This document shows, one piece after another, positions 39,360-55,115 of a DNA stretch of 64,000 nucleotides; the first letter of the stretch is position 1; each line of letters opens with the position of its first letter. A program made the position numbers and the translations under genes. This DNA comes from the human T2T-CHM13v2.0 reference genome, Homo sapiens. The stretch lies in assembly GCF_009914755.1 (NCBI RefSeq), contig NC_060927.1; one strand, written 5' to 3'. Below the pieces are notes generated by a model. That model had not been told where the DNA came from and ran no database searches. It was given only the letters and a program-made list of their open reading frames with translations.

Positions 39360-40999
39360 TATATGAAAAAGTACAGCCATTAAAAGTGCAAGGAAAAAGA
39401 GGTACATGGTTCCATAAGAGAATGCAGTCTGGCAATTCAGCCTGAGAGGTGAGGGCAGGCATCCCAATGGATGTTATAGCCAGGCTGAAATCTGAAGTAC
39501 TAGCCAGAATTTACCACAGAGAGGGGAAGAGACGAGGGCCATTCCAGGTAAAGGCATGGCATGTGTTACGCTGAGAGGCCAGTGAGATGGCACAGCATCT
39601 TAGGGACTAGCAGAAGGCGGGCATGATCACAGCACAGAGGGTGAGGAAGGAGCTTGGGCAAGCAGGTGCTGGAGAAGGGGTGAGAGGCTGGTTGCTGTCC
39701 CCGACCTCATCTCCCGGTCACTTTATTATTAATATTGAAAACCATTGGTTTTCACCATCTGACCATAACCAGAGAAAAGCCCCTTGCTGTCCCTCAGTAT
39801 GCTTCTCAGAGGAGGTAAAGAGGATGTTGATTTCACAAGCATTATGAAATCCCCGTACACGTTTCTCAGATCCTGAGCTTTGATGTGGAGTTGGCAGTTG
39901 TGGGCAAATCCTTTCTGCATGTGTCTGAGGGGCAGCAGAATGGCAGAGTTGCATTCTCACCACATCAGTGCCTGGGTCCAGTGCAGTCAAGGAAGAACCA
40001 GCCCTGCTGGGGCTCCAGTACTGCCTGGATGGGACGTAACATTTCCTCCTGTGAGTTTGTGTATATGTTAGTGCAGATGCAAACACTGCAGCAGACCAGA
40101 AGTGGCAAATGAGTGTTTACGTCCTGCAACTACCTGCTTTGTGGCCTCATGGCAACCTTGCTCAGCAGCCCCTGGGGCCATCCATGGCCTCAGAATCCTT
40201 TCTAGTCCAGTGCTTGAAGCAGACAGTATTAGATAGCCAACTGGTGGCACCATGCTAACATAATCCTAGTTGGTGTTCCTGTAGTATAGATCCTTGCCAT
40301 TTGCAAGTTTGACTAGCCCAAATGCCCCTAAAGTATATAATACAAAGCCAAGCATCATTTTGCTGAAGGGAGAATTTGAATCATGCCCTGGGAAGCTATT
40401 GACCAAGCCCCCTTAGTTACCCCCACCCCCAAATTATACATCTTGATATAGACTCAGTGTCTTCTCCTTGTCCTGTGACCATGGTAATTTTTCTACAGTG
40501 ATAAAAATAAATTTTTATTTTTAAAAACGTCTTTCAAGGGAAACACAAAATTTGAGAGCATGTTGAAAAAGTTGTTGTGGTCTGTGCATTTGCACAGGAA
40601 ACCCATGGCTTGCGCTAGAAATATGATTCTAGAAAAGTCAGGGTTGAGTTTGGGCATGTGGACAATCCCCATTAGTGTGCCATGGGCAGTGGACATGCTG
40701 TCCCGCTGAAGCTGTCCCAGGAGAGCATGTGCATTGGCCTGCAGAAATGAAGTACTTAGTCCAGAGGAAGTTGATCTGAAAAGGGTAGCACACGTTAGAC
40801 AGCAAACTGGGACCAAGAGGAAACTGTGATGCTACCTCTCCATTTGGGATAATGAGGCACTGTTATTTAGCAGTTTATTATTTGGTTAGCTTTTCCTCTG
40901 TCTAGATATCCAATTTGTTGGACACAGTGCATCCTTAAACTCTCAAGGCTGAATCCAACATCTGAAACTCTTACAACCTTCCAGAAGTTCTCAGACACA

Positions 41000-41190
41000 G
41001 GGTGCTTTACCTGGAAATGATCATGTTATTTCTCCACCACTCCAGGGTAGGAACTATTATCTTCTACATCTTACTAAAGAGAAAATTGAAACTTGATGAG
41101 ACTGACTCACTTGCCTGAGACCCAATTTCTAAGGGGCAGAGCTGGGACTTGAACCCTCATCTGCCGGACTTCAAAGCCTTTGAACTACTC
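41000..41190 (-). mobile_element. MIR
   Basis: gtaggaactattatc...gagaaaattga...ggcagagctgggacttgaaccc. Confidence 0.7.
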
Positions 41191-44100
41191 TGCGTTTTTA
41201 TCTCATCTTATTCTTCCCAGTCCCTTCCCCTGGCATGTGGAGAAATGCAAAAGAAGGGCCAAGACATTCACCTTTGTAGGTTCCCGCTGCCCATTTCTTC
41301 AGGGAGGCAGGGCCACAGGGAAAAGAGGGCAGCCTGCTGTCTGTCTGCTGTGGCCAGGGATTGGGCAAAGTGTGCTGGGGCCGGAGGTGGGGAAAGCAAG
41401 GCATTTTGTGCAGAGAGTTAGCAATAACCTGGTCCATCCCCCAGAACGGAGCTATCAGTCAGATCTGGGACACATTTGTCATGGCTGTTTCCCTATTCAG
41501 AAGCCGCCCCTGCAGGCCCACCCTCTCTTCATTGCTGGGCAGGAAGGAGGGAACTCCCTTTGATCTATAGACCAGTAGCGGGAGAAGCATGGCATTTTGT
41601 GGGCCTGCTCCTGCCCTTCGGCCCACATGATTGTTTGGACAACCACATGAACAAAAGCCGCTGGCCATGCTTGCTTTAGAGCATCCAGAGTCTGAAGATA
41701 GAGCATGCCCTGGAAGAAAGTGGAAGTGGAATGACCACTCCCTTTCCATGATGGATTTCTAGGTCATAATGCAGAGGACAGGATGCCTCTAGGACTCCCA
41801 TCTGAGCAGATGAGCATCTCAGAAAGAGGGGTGGAAGATGGAGAAGGTGGAGCTGACCTTACAGCCTTCCCACTGGACAGCTCAATCTTCTATGGTCAGG
41901 AAAAAACCACACACTCACCACATTGGTGTCTAGTCTCAGGCCACAGCCCCACACTCCCAGTAAGAAGCATTTGCCTGGAGACAGATTAGCTAACTTTTGA
42001 GACATGTGCACAGTTTTAAAAGTAGATGGGTAGCTCTTGGAAGACTGCAACTATTTTCTACTTATCCTTGAGAAAGGAAGATTTTTGAGTCAAGTAATTC
42101 TGAATAGGGAGCAACTGTCTTCTAAAAATATATTCAACTTCCCTGTAGTATAGTATACTTTGATGTATTAAAATACAGCTCATCCCACTCAGATTACTGC
42201 CTCGGTGCCTAATGCTGTAAAATTAAACTGTTCCTCACTGATATTTTATTAAGCTCCACCAACATTTCAGACACAGACAGCTCACAGAGCTTCGGGCCAT
42301 GTGTTTTATTTGCTGTCAGGGTGAACTCTGACACCAGTCCGTAAAGCCCCCTCCCCTTGTCTTTATATAATGCAGCATTTTCAAAAACCTTGCTACAGGC
42401 TACTCCCAAACTGTCACTATTGGAAGTGAACATCACTAGTTTTCTGGGTGTGAATGCCTAAAAGGACCAAAAAGAAGCAAACAATAAGGCTGTTGTATGA
42501 AAAGTCTTTGTACTCTGGACGTTCCTTTTGCATTTATTCTGTGCTTGATATTATTCAGTTTATTTTTGCAGGTTTTGCAGGGGAAGGGGGCTTTTTGGTG
42601 GAATTTTTCTGAAACCCATATGCAAAAAAGGGCATATGTTTATGGACAATGAGTTCACCTCCCTAGCAGGGAGCCAAAGGTATCTGTATGTTTGCATCTT
42701 GAAAAATAAATGGATATAGCCATAAATGCCGATCCTCTTAACAAGACTAACTTTGTCATTTAATAAGGGAGATTATTTCATAGATTTAAAACCAGTTAAC
42801 ACATTTAAAACTTGATAAGGCAATCCTGGTATGTTTCCTTTTCTCCAGTGATTAAAGCAAATCAAACACTGGACTAGGGGAGGTTTTCCATGGTACGAGT
42901 AATGCCGTGAATGTTTCTCCTGGTAATGCAATTAGGAAATATTGGCCCCAGTTAAAGTAACTTAAACAAAACATGTTGTCCTCATCAAACTTGTTCAAGT
43001 TGTTAAACAGGCAAAGCCTTGTCCAAAAAGTAAAAAAACAGGGGCATATAGTGTTTCCATGGAAACTCTGTTAAAATACTGATTTGTGGATATGATCATA
43101 ATCAGCCCCATAATCTAATATGACTGAATTAAATGAAAAAGAATCTCAGTTATGAAGTAAGCCCCCTGTGTGAGAGTATTCTTACACATGCAGAAAACAT
43201 ATGGATCCTGACGGACGCTATTTTCAAACTACTTATTGGCCCAGGGATGGGGCTTTAAGACTCCAGTTTCATCTGTCGTTTTCCCCCTCCATTCATTGTT
43301 CATCGTTTTTATAATGCCGGGATTATGTGGGTGAGCAGTAAATAAAATCTTAACGACATTTGGGTTTTTCAATATCTATCATTGCTCCCCTCACAATGCC
43401 CCATATTGTTTTCATTGTCTTTTGTGACAAGACAACCCATAACATTTAATGGTTTGTGGGATGTTACAAGTTTAAGTTTTATTAAAGTAATAATTTCTTC
43501 CTGCTAATGGGATCTTGGTAGAATTCTAACCACGAGGGTTCGCATGGATGTCTTTGACCTCTAGAGGAAGGGACATTAAGTCAAAGGCTAGGGTGAGTCC
43601 CTTGGGTCTGGGGAGAGGCTTCAGGGACATGCATTGGCCTCCTCCCTGCCACACAGTTCTGCAGCTCTGTTTGCACCTGTCTCGGCTGTAGTAAAAATGG
43701 AAACTGCTCACCATGGGATAAACTTCAACCTCGTGAAATGGCAATGACAGCTGCCTTTCAGTAAACCTACTTGATTTATTTGAAAATCATTCCATCCAGA
43801 GATCATCACAAGTGGTATTCTTGGGATCAGTTTCTTTCTTGTAAAAATGCGTCCTCAGTCACATAGGAACTTCAAATAGGGTTTACCAAGGAAGTGTTGG
43901 CTAGAGCCTGGCAATCCTTTGTTACCTTAGCCATGGCATCCCAGAGCATCTGCAGAATGATTTCTGCAACAGGGCAGTGATACAACCGTGTATCTCTGCC
44001 CAGGTGTGTCAGTGCTTTTAACGCCAGCCCATGGTCCCTTGAAAGTCCCAGCATGGCTAAGACTCACCTTCTGAACAGGCAGTCAGTCAAAGCTCAAAGA

Positions 44101-44406
44101 TTCAGACTCTGGCCCAAGAAGTAGGGGCTGACCTCTCCCCCTGAGTTCTGCCATCCCCTCCCACAGTGGCAGCAGCCTCCACGAGAGCATGCACACCTTC
44201 TGATTTGGGCACAGGGAGAAATAAGCGAAGAGGGAAATAGTTTTAGGCCTGAATCTTGAGGCTGGGACCTTGAATCTGCTGATTATATGCTCCTCTTAAT
44301 GCATCTCTATTTCTAAGTAACTTGGTTTTATAGCAAAGTAATATATGAATGCAGTTTCTAAAACTTAAGTGGTGCTAAAGATGTTTTAAAAAGAAAAAGA
44401 AGCAGG

Positions 44407-45017
<611 letters not shown>

Positions 45018-46091
45018 TGAGAATAATAACAATGTTTTTTAAAAAAGAAAAAAATCATGCCCTGATCCATCATTCCCAACCCCTATTCTCACTTCCTAGA
45101 GGCCACCACTTCCAACTCTCTTAGTGTCTCTGTTTCTCACTGTCAAGTTAAGATTGCCGTTTTTTAGTTAATTTTAGACATGTGTATTTACTTCCTTTAA
45201 TACATGGTGCTTTGGACTTTTTACACCGGCTCATCCTGCCCTCTTCCTATTCCACCAACATGACTGTATGCCCATTTCATTGTTCTTGATTAATTAGTCA
45301 GCGAATATATTATTAGGACAATCTATGTACATTCTCTATTATTTTAATAGCATGGTATGTGTTTTCTTTTTTATGTTATTTTTCCCTGGATTAGAAAATC
45401 CCCTGGTCTTCTTATTGCTTGGTTTTCCTTCTACTCATCTTAAATTTTCCCCCATGTGTTTCATCAGATGTCTCAAATATGTATTACTACTATTTTCTAA
45501 ATGTTTGGTATTTCTGCCTATTTCATCTTGCTTTGGTGAGATCTCCCTCTCTGTGTCATCCTATTTCAGTCCGGACTAATAGCTCTCTAGGTTTGCTGGG
45601 CATGCAGGCACCTAAGACTTCTCTTCCCTATTTTTCTCTGTCATCTCCCCCTTTCTCCTAAACCCTCATGCCTTCTTTTTTTGACTTAATTTCTCATTTA
45701 GGTGATGAACATTTTCCAGTAGTTTACTAAGAAAGGGTGGTAAAATTTCCTCCGACCTTGTAGCTCTGAAAAGGTCTTCATTCCATGCCTTCGTTTCCTA
45801 ACCATTTGACTGGCCATAGAATACCTGGCTGAAAATCATTTTGAATTTTGAAGGCATTGCTCCATTTTCTTTTGACTTCCTGTGTTGTTTAGGAAGTCTG
45901 ATATCATACCATTTCCATATCCTTTGGTAGGAACAGGATTGCCCAGCCTCCACCCTAGAAGCTTTCTGCATGTTCATTATGCCAGGATGCTGTGAGTTCA
46001 CTTCATTCATTGTGCTGAGGACCTGCGAACTCTTTTGCTTTAGAAATGCATATCCTTCAGTTCTAGGAAATTTTCTTAGATTATTTTTTAG

Positions 46092-46520
<429 letters not shown>

Positions 46521-46610
46521 TCCAAGAGTTATTTTTTATAGCAGCCTTTTCTTGTTTCAAAGACACAATAACTTCTTTTATCTCTGAATATATTGACTGT
46601 AGTTAGAGCT

Positions 46611-46612
<2 letters not shown>

Positions 46613-46642
<30 letters not shown>
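46613..46642. repeat. (TG)n microsatellite
   Basis: Direct. Confidence 0.97.
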
Positions 46643-46647
<5 letters not shown>

Positions 46648-48889
46648 GTCTCTGCTGTAACACTAACTCATTTAGTTGTCTGTTTTTCTTTCTTTTTTCA
46701 AGGTGAAGGCTCTCCCCAAATATCTGTAGCCTAGTTCACTTTTAAGAGTGAGGCACTAAAATGCAGATTGAAAGTTTCTCCACAAATAGACTTTACTATT
46801 GGGTGAATCAATGAAAACTTAGCCAAACTGGAGAATGGGGAAGATGACAGTAATTCTAGGCCTTGTTTGGGGGCTATAAGCTTGTTTGTCAGCATCTGAG
46901 AGCTGGGCAGGGAAAGGAAGGTTAGGAATTCCCATCAATCAGCATGCAGGTACTCATTTTCCCAGTTCAGCCCCTCCTCCCTCCCTCATCTGAACATTAG
47001 CAGTTTTTCAGGAATATATAAGTTGGTGTCTGTGGCATGTGCAGCAGAATACATGGTGTTGATACCTGCTAGTATTGTGCCCTCCAGTCTGTCTGTGGCA
47101 GTGGTTAGAATTGCCAGGGGATCTGGCTCTCCGAGCCTTACTCTGTAGTATCTTGGCCTCGAAAGTGGCCAAGTAGGGCCACCCTGTCTTCAAATGCCAT
47201 CTCTTTTTTGACCTCTCTCTCCTGTATCCAGCCCAGGCATGTATCTCTTTTTCCCTAGGAGCCAATGAGTGTCTCCAGAGCAAGAACAATGTCTTTTAGG
47301 TGCCTATCCATAGGAAATACAGACTTTGAGGAGGCCTGGACTTCTTTCCATTCCCTCCCACTTATTAGCACCATAACCTGGGGCAAGTTATGTAAGTTCT
47401 TCAAACTTTAGTGTCAGTGCCTCTCAGCCCACCCAATGGAATCTCAAGCTTATCCAGTGCAGTCAGTCCCCAGCCCCACCAAATGCAGGTTTGACAGTGG
47501 TTCCCTATCACTACCCCATTAGGTGTCTATAGGCAGCCTTGCTTTTTTCAAGATTATAGGTGTCCTGGGCCATTGTATGTTGGGAATCAGGCAGGGACCA
47601 GGCAGGGTTTGCAGCATGCAGAGAAGTTATTTCTGCCAGGTAGTCAGTGGGCAATGCAGCAAAGCTGAGGTAATGCCAGGCGTAGGTAGGGTGGTGGATG
47701 GCGGGGGCCATCCTCGTTGGAATAAAGGAGGAGGCCTGACCTCTATCCCGGCTCCTGCTCTTCACAAGAGTTCTTTGCCACGCTTATTCGCCTAGCTCTT
47801 TCCAAACAGCAGGAAAACGAGTACCCTGCCTCATTATCACATTTCCTTGGTTCTAAGATGCCATAAATAGAAGTGGAAGCTGCTAAGGAAATAAAAAGCA
47901 GTATGCATTGATGTGCCTGTCCTGAAAGACTCTCAGTTCTATGGAATTCCACCTCAGTGTCTTAGCTTCTCATGTTCTTTCCCTGCCTCTCACTTTGCCT
48001 GTTAATGCTTACCTCCACCCCTAGCTTCAGGCTGCAGGTTAAAAACCATTTCTCCCCCAGTCCCCAGGACTTGGTTGAGTGCCCCCTCTTATACTCCTGT
48101 ACCCATCCTGTACATGTCTTCAGACCACCACAATGGTTATTGGTTGCATAATATCTGTATGCCTTCAGAGATTTTAGCCCAGGGAACACCTGAGCTGTCA
48201 CATCCTTCACTGTGTCCCCAGCACAGAGATCCTCAGTCAGTATTTGTTGGATGAAGAGAATATAGAGAGGGGAAGAAAATGAAAGGAGGGGGGATGTGAG
48301 GGCCGTTAGCAGCAGGAAAGAAGAGAAAGCCTCTTAGAAACAGCCCTTCCAGTGGAAAGTTTGACTTAACGAAGAAGAGCAGGTTACTTTCACCAAGGCC
48401 TTGTTGCAAAATGCCAAATAATGACAGGAGAGCCGTCCTTTCATGGAAGCTGGGTGCAAACCTGGGGGGAGCTAGCATTTTGGCCAACCTCAGAAAAGCA
48501 TGTTGCTTTGCTCACTTCTCCACTGGATGCAAAGAATCCAATCCTTTCTTAAACACCCGAAATCATGGAAGAAATGAAAGGTAAGACATACAACTTTGGA
48601 AGTAGATGTGGTTTATTAAAAAAAAAAAAAATGATGGGACCATTTAGTCCCTGACTGAGAGTACTCTTAAGGCATGGAGCTGTAGTGTGAATGATCTTTA
48701 TCTGTAATTGTAACACTGTGTCAATAAAAATAGTTAAGCATTGTGAAAAATTAATCTGCCTGTGACCATAGTGCATTTAAGATGATTAGAATTACCTGGA
48801 GAGCCTTAGACAAGTAATTGGGTCATCAATAATCTTTTCTGGAACCCCATAATGAAAGTGATCTTCCATTCTAGGAAAATACTATAATA

Positions 48890-49070
48890 CCAAAACTAAC
48901 AATTACTGAGCTCTTACTGTGTTCCAGACACTGTGCTTGATCCAGTTTTCATCATCATAATCTTAAAGACTGAGCAGAGGCGGGTTAAGTAACTTGCCTA
49001 AATCCCTTCCACAGCTGGTAAGTGGGATCACTGGATTCTAATTCTGAGCCCACCTTTACTCTATGCTGCC
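48890..49070 (-). mobile_element. MIR
   Basis: ttactgagctcttactgtgttccagacactgtgc...ggttaagtaacttgccta. Confidence 0.72.
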
Positions 49071-50617
49071 TCTTAACTTTTCCAGTAGACCAAGAAACAG
49101 AAGAAAAGGGTGGAATAATCTTCCAAGCAGTGCTAATGCAAACCTAAGAGACAGAAAACAAGGTGTATAACAGGCTCTGGTTAGGACTTGCTGAGCAGGG
49201 AGAAAGAAAAAGAATACCAGGATTCCAGGTGATCTCAGCTGGCATCTGCCAGTGCAGGATAGGACTTCTCAGGAGGCACTGAAGCATTCTCCTGTGTACC
49301 TGCAGGAGAACCTATACTGTTGAGTCTGTGGGTTAGCAGCATATATCCACAAAATTTTGAGTGCTAGATGTCCCCACAGTGGCCTGATGCCCTGGGAATA
49401 GGCCTGATTATAGTATGGAGATAGTGGAGACTTAGTAGCAGGCAAAGGAAATTTTTGCTCTGGCTATACCCCATGAAAATAAGAGGTCCTGACTCTTATC
49501 AGTCAGGACTCGGTCTTGGGAACAGAAGTTACCCTATGTATTCCAAATATGAAGGGCTTGGATGCTAGCCCTAAGGCAACTAGAAGCTTTTATAATCATT
49601 GCAATGTTTGGGGATGTGGGTCAGGAAGCATCCATGTAAATGGTTCTCTAGCACTCACTAGGGAGCTGCTTCAAACCTCACATCTGCCAACAAATTTGCC
49701 TGCAGCTGCCTCCAGAGCAACATGGCCTCTGTCTCTTTGCTGCCTTCTAAATCTAGCACCAGCTCCTTATTGGCAAATGCTAATCTGGAACCACAGATGG
49801 GGGAGATTCCAGGAAATGCAGTCTTGGCCTTTCTCCTTCAATACAGGGCAGACCTTCTACGGAGGAGATGGTGATGTCCAGGTGAATATCACCCATCAAG
49901 TGCTCTCGACCTTCCTATGACCTCAAATTACAATGACATTCTATTTCTACTTCTCCTCTCACCCCCAGCTCACTTTCCCCTGGTTGTCTTGACTAGAGAG
50001 TGAGATAGGAAACTTTTTGACTAGAAAAGTATGTGTGATGTGAGCCCAAGGTCCATTCCAGGTGACCTCTTGAGAGCCCATCCAGATGAGTAATTCTCTC
50101 ACTGTATCACCTCACACCTGACCTCAGTAAAAACTGGAAGATTCTTGATAATTGTCATTAGAAAAAAATTAAAATGCTCCCAAGAGGTTAGCAACTAGGC
50201 CCTTCATGGGCATATATGTGTTTGCCTTCTTCATTGTCCAGAACTTGGTTACTAAGAGCAGTTCAATGGCCTATGTACATTCAACTAGTATGGGCAAAGG
50301 TAGCATCTTCCTGCAGTGGTTTCACCATGAGCACCTCTGCATGATCAGCTAACTCGGTACAACTGGATGATGGTCATGGTTGCCAGGCACACTATGCTGG
50401 AAGGATGATGAGACTCCTTGGAAGGAATACTAGGTTTCATGAGAGACACTTGACATGAAATAGGGAAGGGCACCATTCATGCCACAGATTTGCCTTTCAT
50501 GCCCATGCTGTTGTCAGCTATTGTATTTGACTGTCTGCATGGAGGTGCTTATGTGACAGATCTCTATACATGAAGATAATTTGCTCATCTCCTACCAAAC
50601 TAGACTACAGTTGCATC

Positions 50618-51200
50618 TGTCAGGAGCTGTTTAGTGCAGGCAACAACCACCAAACTCAGATTGGTTTAAGCAAAATCAGTAAATTAAAGGAAGTTGATTA
50701 TTTGATTATTTGGGGATGGTTGGAAATACATTGTTTCATGTAACTAAAAAGTCCATAGTTATAACCAGCTTCAGGTACAGTTGGATCTGGGGCTCAGCTG
50801 AAATCACCAAGTTTCTCAGTCTCTTGTTTTACTTTTCTTTGTGTCAGCCCTGTTCTCAAGCAGGCCTTCCTCATCCAGTGCCCCCAGTATTCATCTGAGC
50901 AGATTGGCAAACTCAGTGGAAAGAAACCCCCTCTTTCCTAAAAGTTTCAGTTCAATGTCCTGGGGCTTGTTCTCCTTGATATAGTTTTGGTCAGTGCCTA
51001 TCACTTTGGCACAGGAGCATAGGATGCATCCCTATGCCTAGCAGGTGGAGGGTGAAGCCTACACATGCCACATGGACTGGAAATTGGAGTCATGACAGCT
51101 CCCCAAAGGAAATGGTCTAGGTGTGGATAAGGAGGGAGGGTCTCTGCTGCTGAAAAAAGGGGACATGCCTGCTCAGCTGGCAAAAGTAACAGCTGTCTAT
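50618..51200. mobile_element. Old MLT1 (K-like) MaLR LTR
   Basis: aaactcagattggtttaagcaaaa...gcttcaggtacagttggatctggggctca...ctccccaaaggaaa. Confidence 0.65.
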
Positions 51201-52761
51201 TATTCCAGCTCAGCTGGAGTTCAAATTAGTTTGAGCCATCTATGAATCACATCAGGCAAGTTGCTAGCCTCTTTGGATCGTTCATTATTGGTTTATGAAA
51301 TAAGCAGGTTGGGTTCAATGGCCCACTCCACCATTCCAGCTCAGAACTTGTGTAAATCTACCCATTGATGCCATACCCAAGGGGCAGCACTGGAATCAGG
51401 GCACATTATCAACATTCTCAAGCGCATTGGTCACTTATTTCAGGCCTAATTGTGTTGCAAACAGTAACCTGAAAAACCGCCCAACATCGTTGGTCAGGGC
51501 CTCAGAAAAATTCAGAACTGGTTTTGCAGGGGCACACTCCACAGAAGTGACTGTGGTCTCTGCCACAGATAGATGCATCCTTAGGCTCCTGGATGGAAGA
51601 CTTTTTTTGCCTGTGATTCTTTCTGAAAACTGGGCCCCTGCCAAGCTCATCTGGCATGCTGTGCTCTGGGTAGAAGTAATTATTTTTATGAGGCATTATT
51701 CATGTCTAGTCTACCTGAGGGCCACCCCAAATAATGTTTCTCTAGCTATTAAAGGCTTCATCAGGCATGCAGAGTCTCTAGTAGTTTCCTTTAGGGGAAA
51801 AGAAAAAGATTCGTCTTGAAGTCTACCACCTCCAGTGGCAATTTGCTGTGCATTTCAGGGCCATGCTAAGTGGTTGGCACCTGAAAAAAGGGCGAAGTCT
51901 TTTTCTTTCAAGTGCAGCTGGAAAATGGGAGTCATAAGTGAAAAGTAGGGAACTGGGAGAACTATTTCCATACAGCCGAGGTAGCTTTCTTGTTTTGTTC
52001 TGAGCTGGCAAACTTCAACATGCTCAAGCAATGTTTTGTCAAATTTCTTAAATGCTGAATGTGGCACTGGCCCAAATGAACGTAGATGTTATTTTAGTGC
52101 TGGGAGAGATTTATTTTAATGTACAGATGCAGCCACTACAAAGGCCCCTTTTAATCTGCTGAGGGCTCTGTTCCTTGCTCTTTTACTCTTTGCAACCCCC
52201 TCCTCATTTTAGGGAACCTGTGTATGCTGTGAAATTGCAGTGTTCCTTCCTTCCCTCTTCATCTTGCAAGGCAGCGATATAATGCTGACAATAATTATAA
52301 TTAAGATGCTTTGTGCAAGAAGAAGCAGTTTGCAATGCTTCCTCCTGTTTCCCAGCCTACCAGCAATTCAAAGAATGCTGCTTGATCAAAGAAAATATGC
52401 CAACAGGAGAGTGGACCTGCACAGCTCCAGGCTGTGGCAGGGCAGCCTCAACAGTTTTCCTTATCTAGGACCCAGGTTCTCTACTCACGAAAGGAACCCG
52501 TTCTTTTACTGCTCGGCTGTGAGATGGGAAATCCATCAGTTGAGCTGAGCCTCAGATACCAATATCTTGCACCTTGATCGGGGCCAAAATAAACGGGAAG
52601 GGACGCACAGAGGAAGCATGGTGACATGTGAGGTTTGCCTGAGCCAAGTCTGTGCTTTCAAGGCAAGAGCAGGAGAGGAGAGCCACAGACAAGATGGGGT
52701 GAGAGGGAAAATAAAGAGGATACTCTCTGGGCTCAGTGGCAGAGGGGAAACTGAAGCCAGG

Positions 52762-53390
52762 ACAGTCCTGAGTCTTCTCACACCCAAGGCTCCTTTTAAA
52801 TAATCATTTGTAATATTCCCTTTACTATCTCCAAATGAAATTCATAGAAAATGTAACTTGTTTTCCTATATGCTGCCAAAAAAATCTACAGAACGCTCCA
52901 ACTATAATATCAAGAACTAGTTGAGAGTTGTTTATAATAGGAAAATAGATATTGTAATATTTTGGGGCATAACTACAAGATAATACAGAATAAAGTAGCT
53001 AGATGCTTGTGCTGCACTTTGGTGCAAAATCTGTCAATGCAGTGGCCACTATGTAGACATCTCACCCACAAATCCTGCCAGATACCTCTGTAATAGCCAA
53101 GCCGCAGACAAGATAAAGAAGACCCATCTCTCTCTTTCACAGCACTATAGTAATGTTTCTAGAAAATTCCATGTGCAAGACATACTTTGTATTTGGACAT
53201 AAAACAGAGTTCCAAGCCATCGACACCATTAGGGACATGGAACTGTTCTTTGGTGTGCGGCCCGGGGGCAGTGGGGTGGGGGGCTGCTGTCCTGTGAGTT
53301 GTAGGATTTCAGTTACTGTGAACTTTGAAGCATCTCTACAGACTTCCAGAACAGACCCCTAGGGGGTGACGCAGCCCCACTGAGAACCAC
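52762..53390. mobile_element. Degraded hAT-Charlie-type DNA element
   Basis: Right end gggctgctgtcctgtgagttgtaggattt...cccactgagaaccacag resembles MER5/MER20-family termini. Confidence 0.45.
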
Positions 53391-53568
53391 AGGAGAGCCT
53401 GGGAGCCACAGGGCGGCTGGCTCTGAGTCAGGCGTGCAGGGCTCCAGTCCCAGTTCCAAGAAGTCCTGGCAACTGCACAGCCCTGGTTAAGTCACTGAAC
53501 CGCCGTGTACCTTTTCTTTAATGGAGAAAACATCTTCTCCCTTGCAGGATGGCTGAAGAGTTAAGTAA

Positions 53569-54009
<441 letters not shown>

Positions 54010-54929
54010 TAACCGCCTTCTTAGAGACAAAGGATGTTGGCCTTGCACTCTGCAGCACCCCTGTGGGCACAGGTTTCCTAGAAACTAAGCCCCCCAGGGC
54101 TCTGATCTCTCTGGGGCCCTGCCTAGTTTCCCAGGAGGCTCCCCAGTTGTCTTATTTCTTCAGAGGGAGGCCGCAAACATGAAGGGTCTGGAGGCTCTGG
54201 AAGATGTCATGAGCATCTTAGGAGCTCTTTTTGGGCTCTCAGAGACAGATCAGTTCACAGATGTGGGAAAGAAAAAATAAAACATGAGGCAAAAACTTGC
54301 AAGAAAATGTGGACTTACCAATCTCATATTAAGCAGACGGAATGTCAATCTTTTCTATAGGGACAGGGTCATTAAATGCATATTTTTTGAAGTAATTTTA
54401 GGTGAGTCCCTTTGGCTCATTCATTATAGTTATTTATTTTCTGCTTCTATTCTGAAGTCAGAAAGATCTGGTGTTCATGGGTTCAAATTCTGGTGCCCGC
54501 ATAGTTCCCTCCAGCTTCCAGATGGGAAAGCTCTCTCATCTGTTTTCCAGCCCAGCCACTCCAAAACCTCAATGCCCTCAGCTGTAGAACAGAGGGACAA
54601 TGACAATATCTATCTATGAGGATTCCACGTGCTCTTTGGATGTTTTACAAATTCAGCAGAGTTGGGAATGTTCTGGGTGGTTGAGATGACACTAGGTCTG
54701 GCTTACTTGTCTTCCAGCAACAAAGGAGGAAACTTTTCATAGGGATTTGAAGCCTAATGTTCCTGAAGGTGACATGGAGTCTGCTTAGTGGATGGATTGT
54801 TGAGCAGGAGTCATTCTCCAGTCTTGGAAAAACTGTACAGAGACTCAACTGCAGGGGAGGAAACCAGGATATGGATTAAATAATGCATGTATTTAATGTA
54901 CATACCTGTTGTTATGTGTATGTGTGGGT

Positions 54930-55115
54930 GACATTTACTGAATATTTACTATGTGCCTGGCACTGTGCTAGGCTCATGACATACATTAGCTCATTTAAGG
55001 CACAAACGTATAAGGTGTGCATGACTCCTGTTCCCATTGTGCAAATGAGAAAACTGACTCTGAAGGCATGCTGCATGTACATGAAACAGGCAGGACTCAG
55101 CCCTAAGTTTGTCTG
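54930..55115 (-). mobile_element. MIR
   Basis: catttactgaatatttactatgtgcctggcactgtgctagg...caaatgagaaaactga. Confidence 0.78.

Noticed and set aside
38883-39383. 166-aa plus-strand ORF
   Set aside because: GTG start, runs through L2 and MER2 sequence, no protein features.
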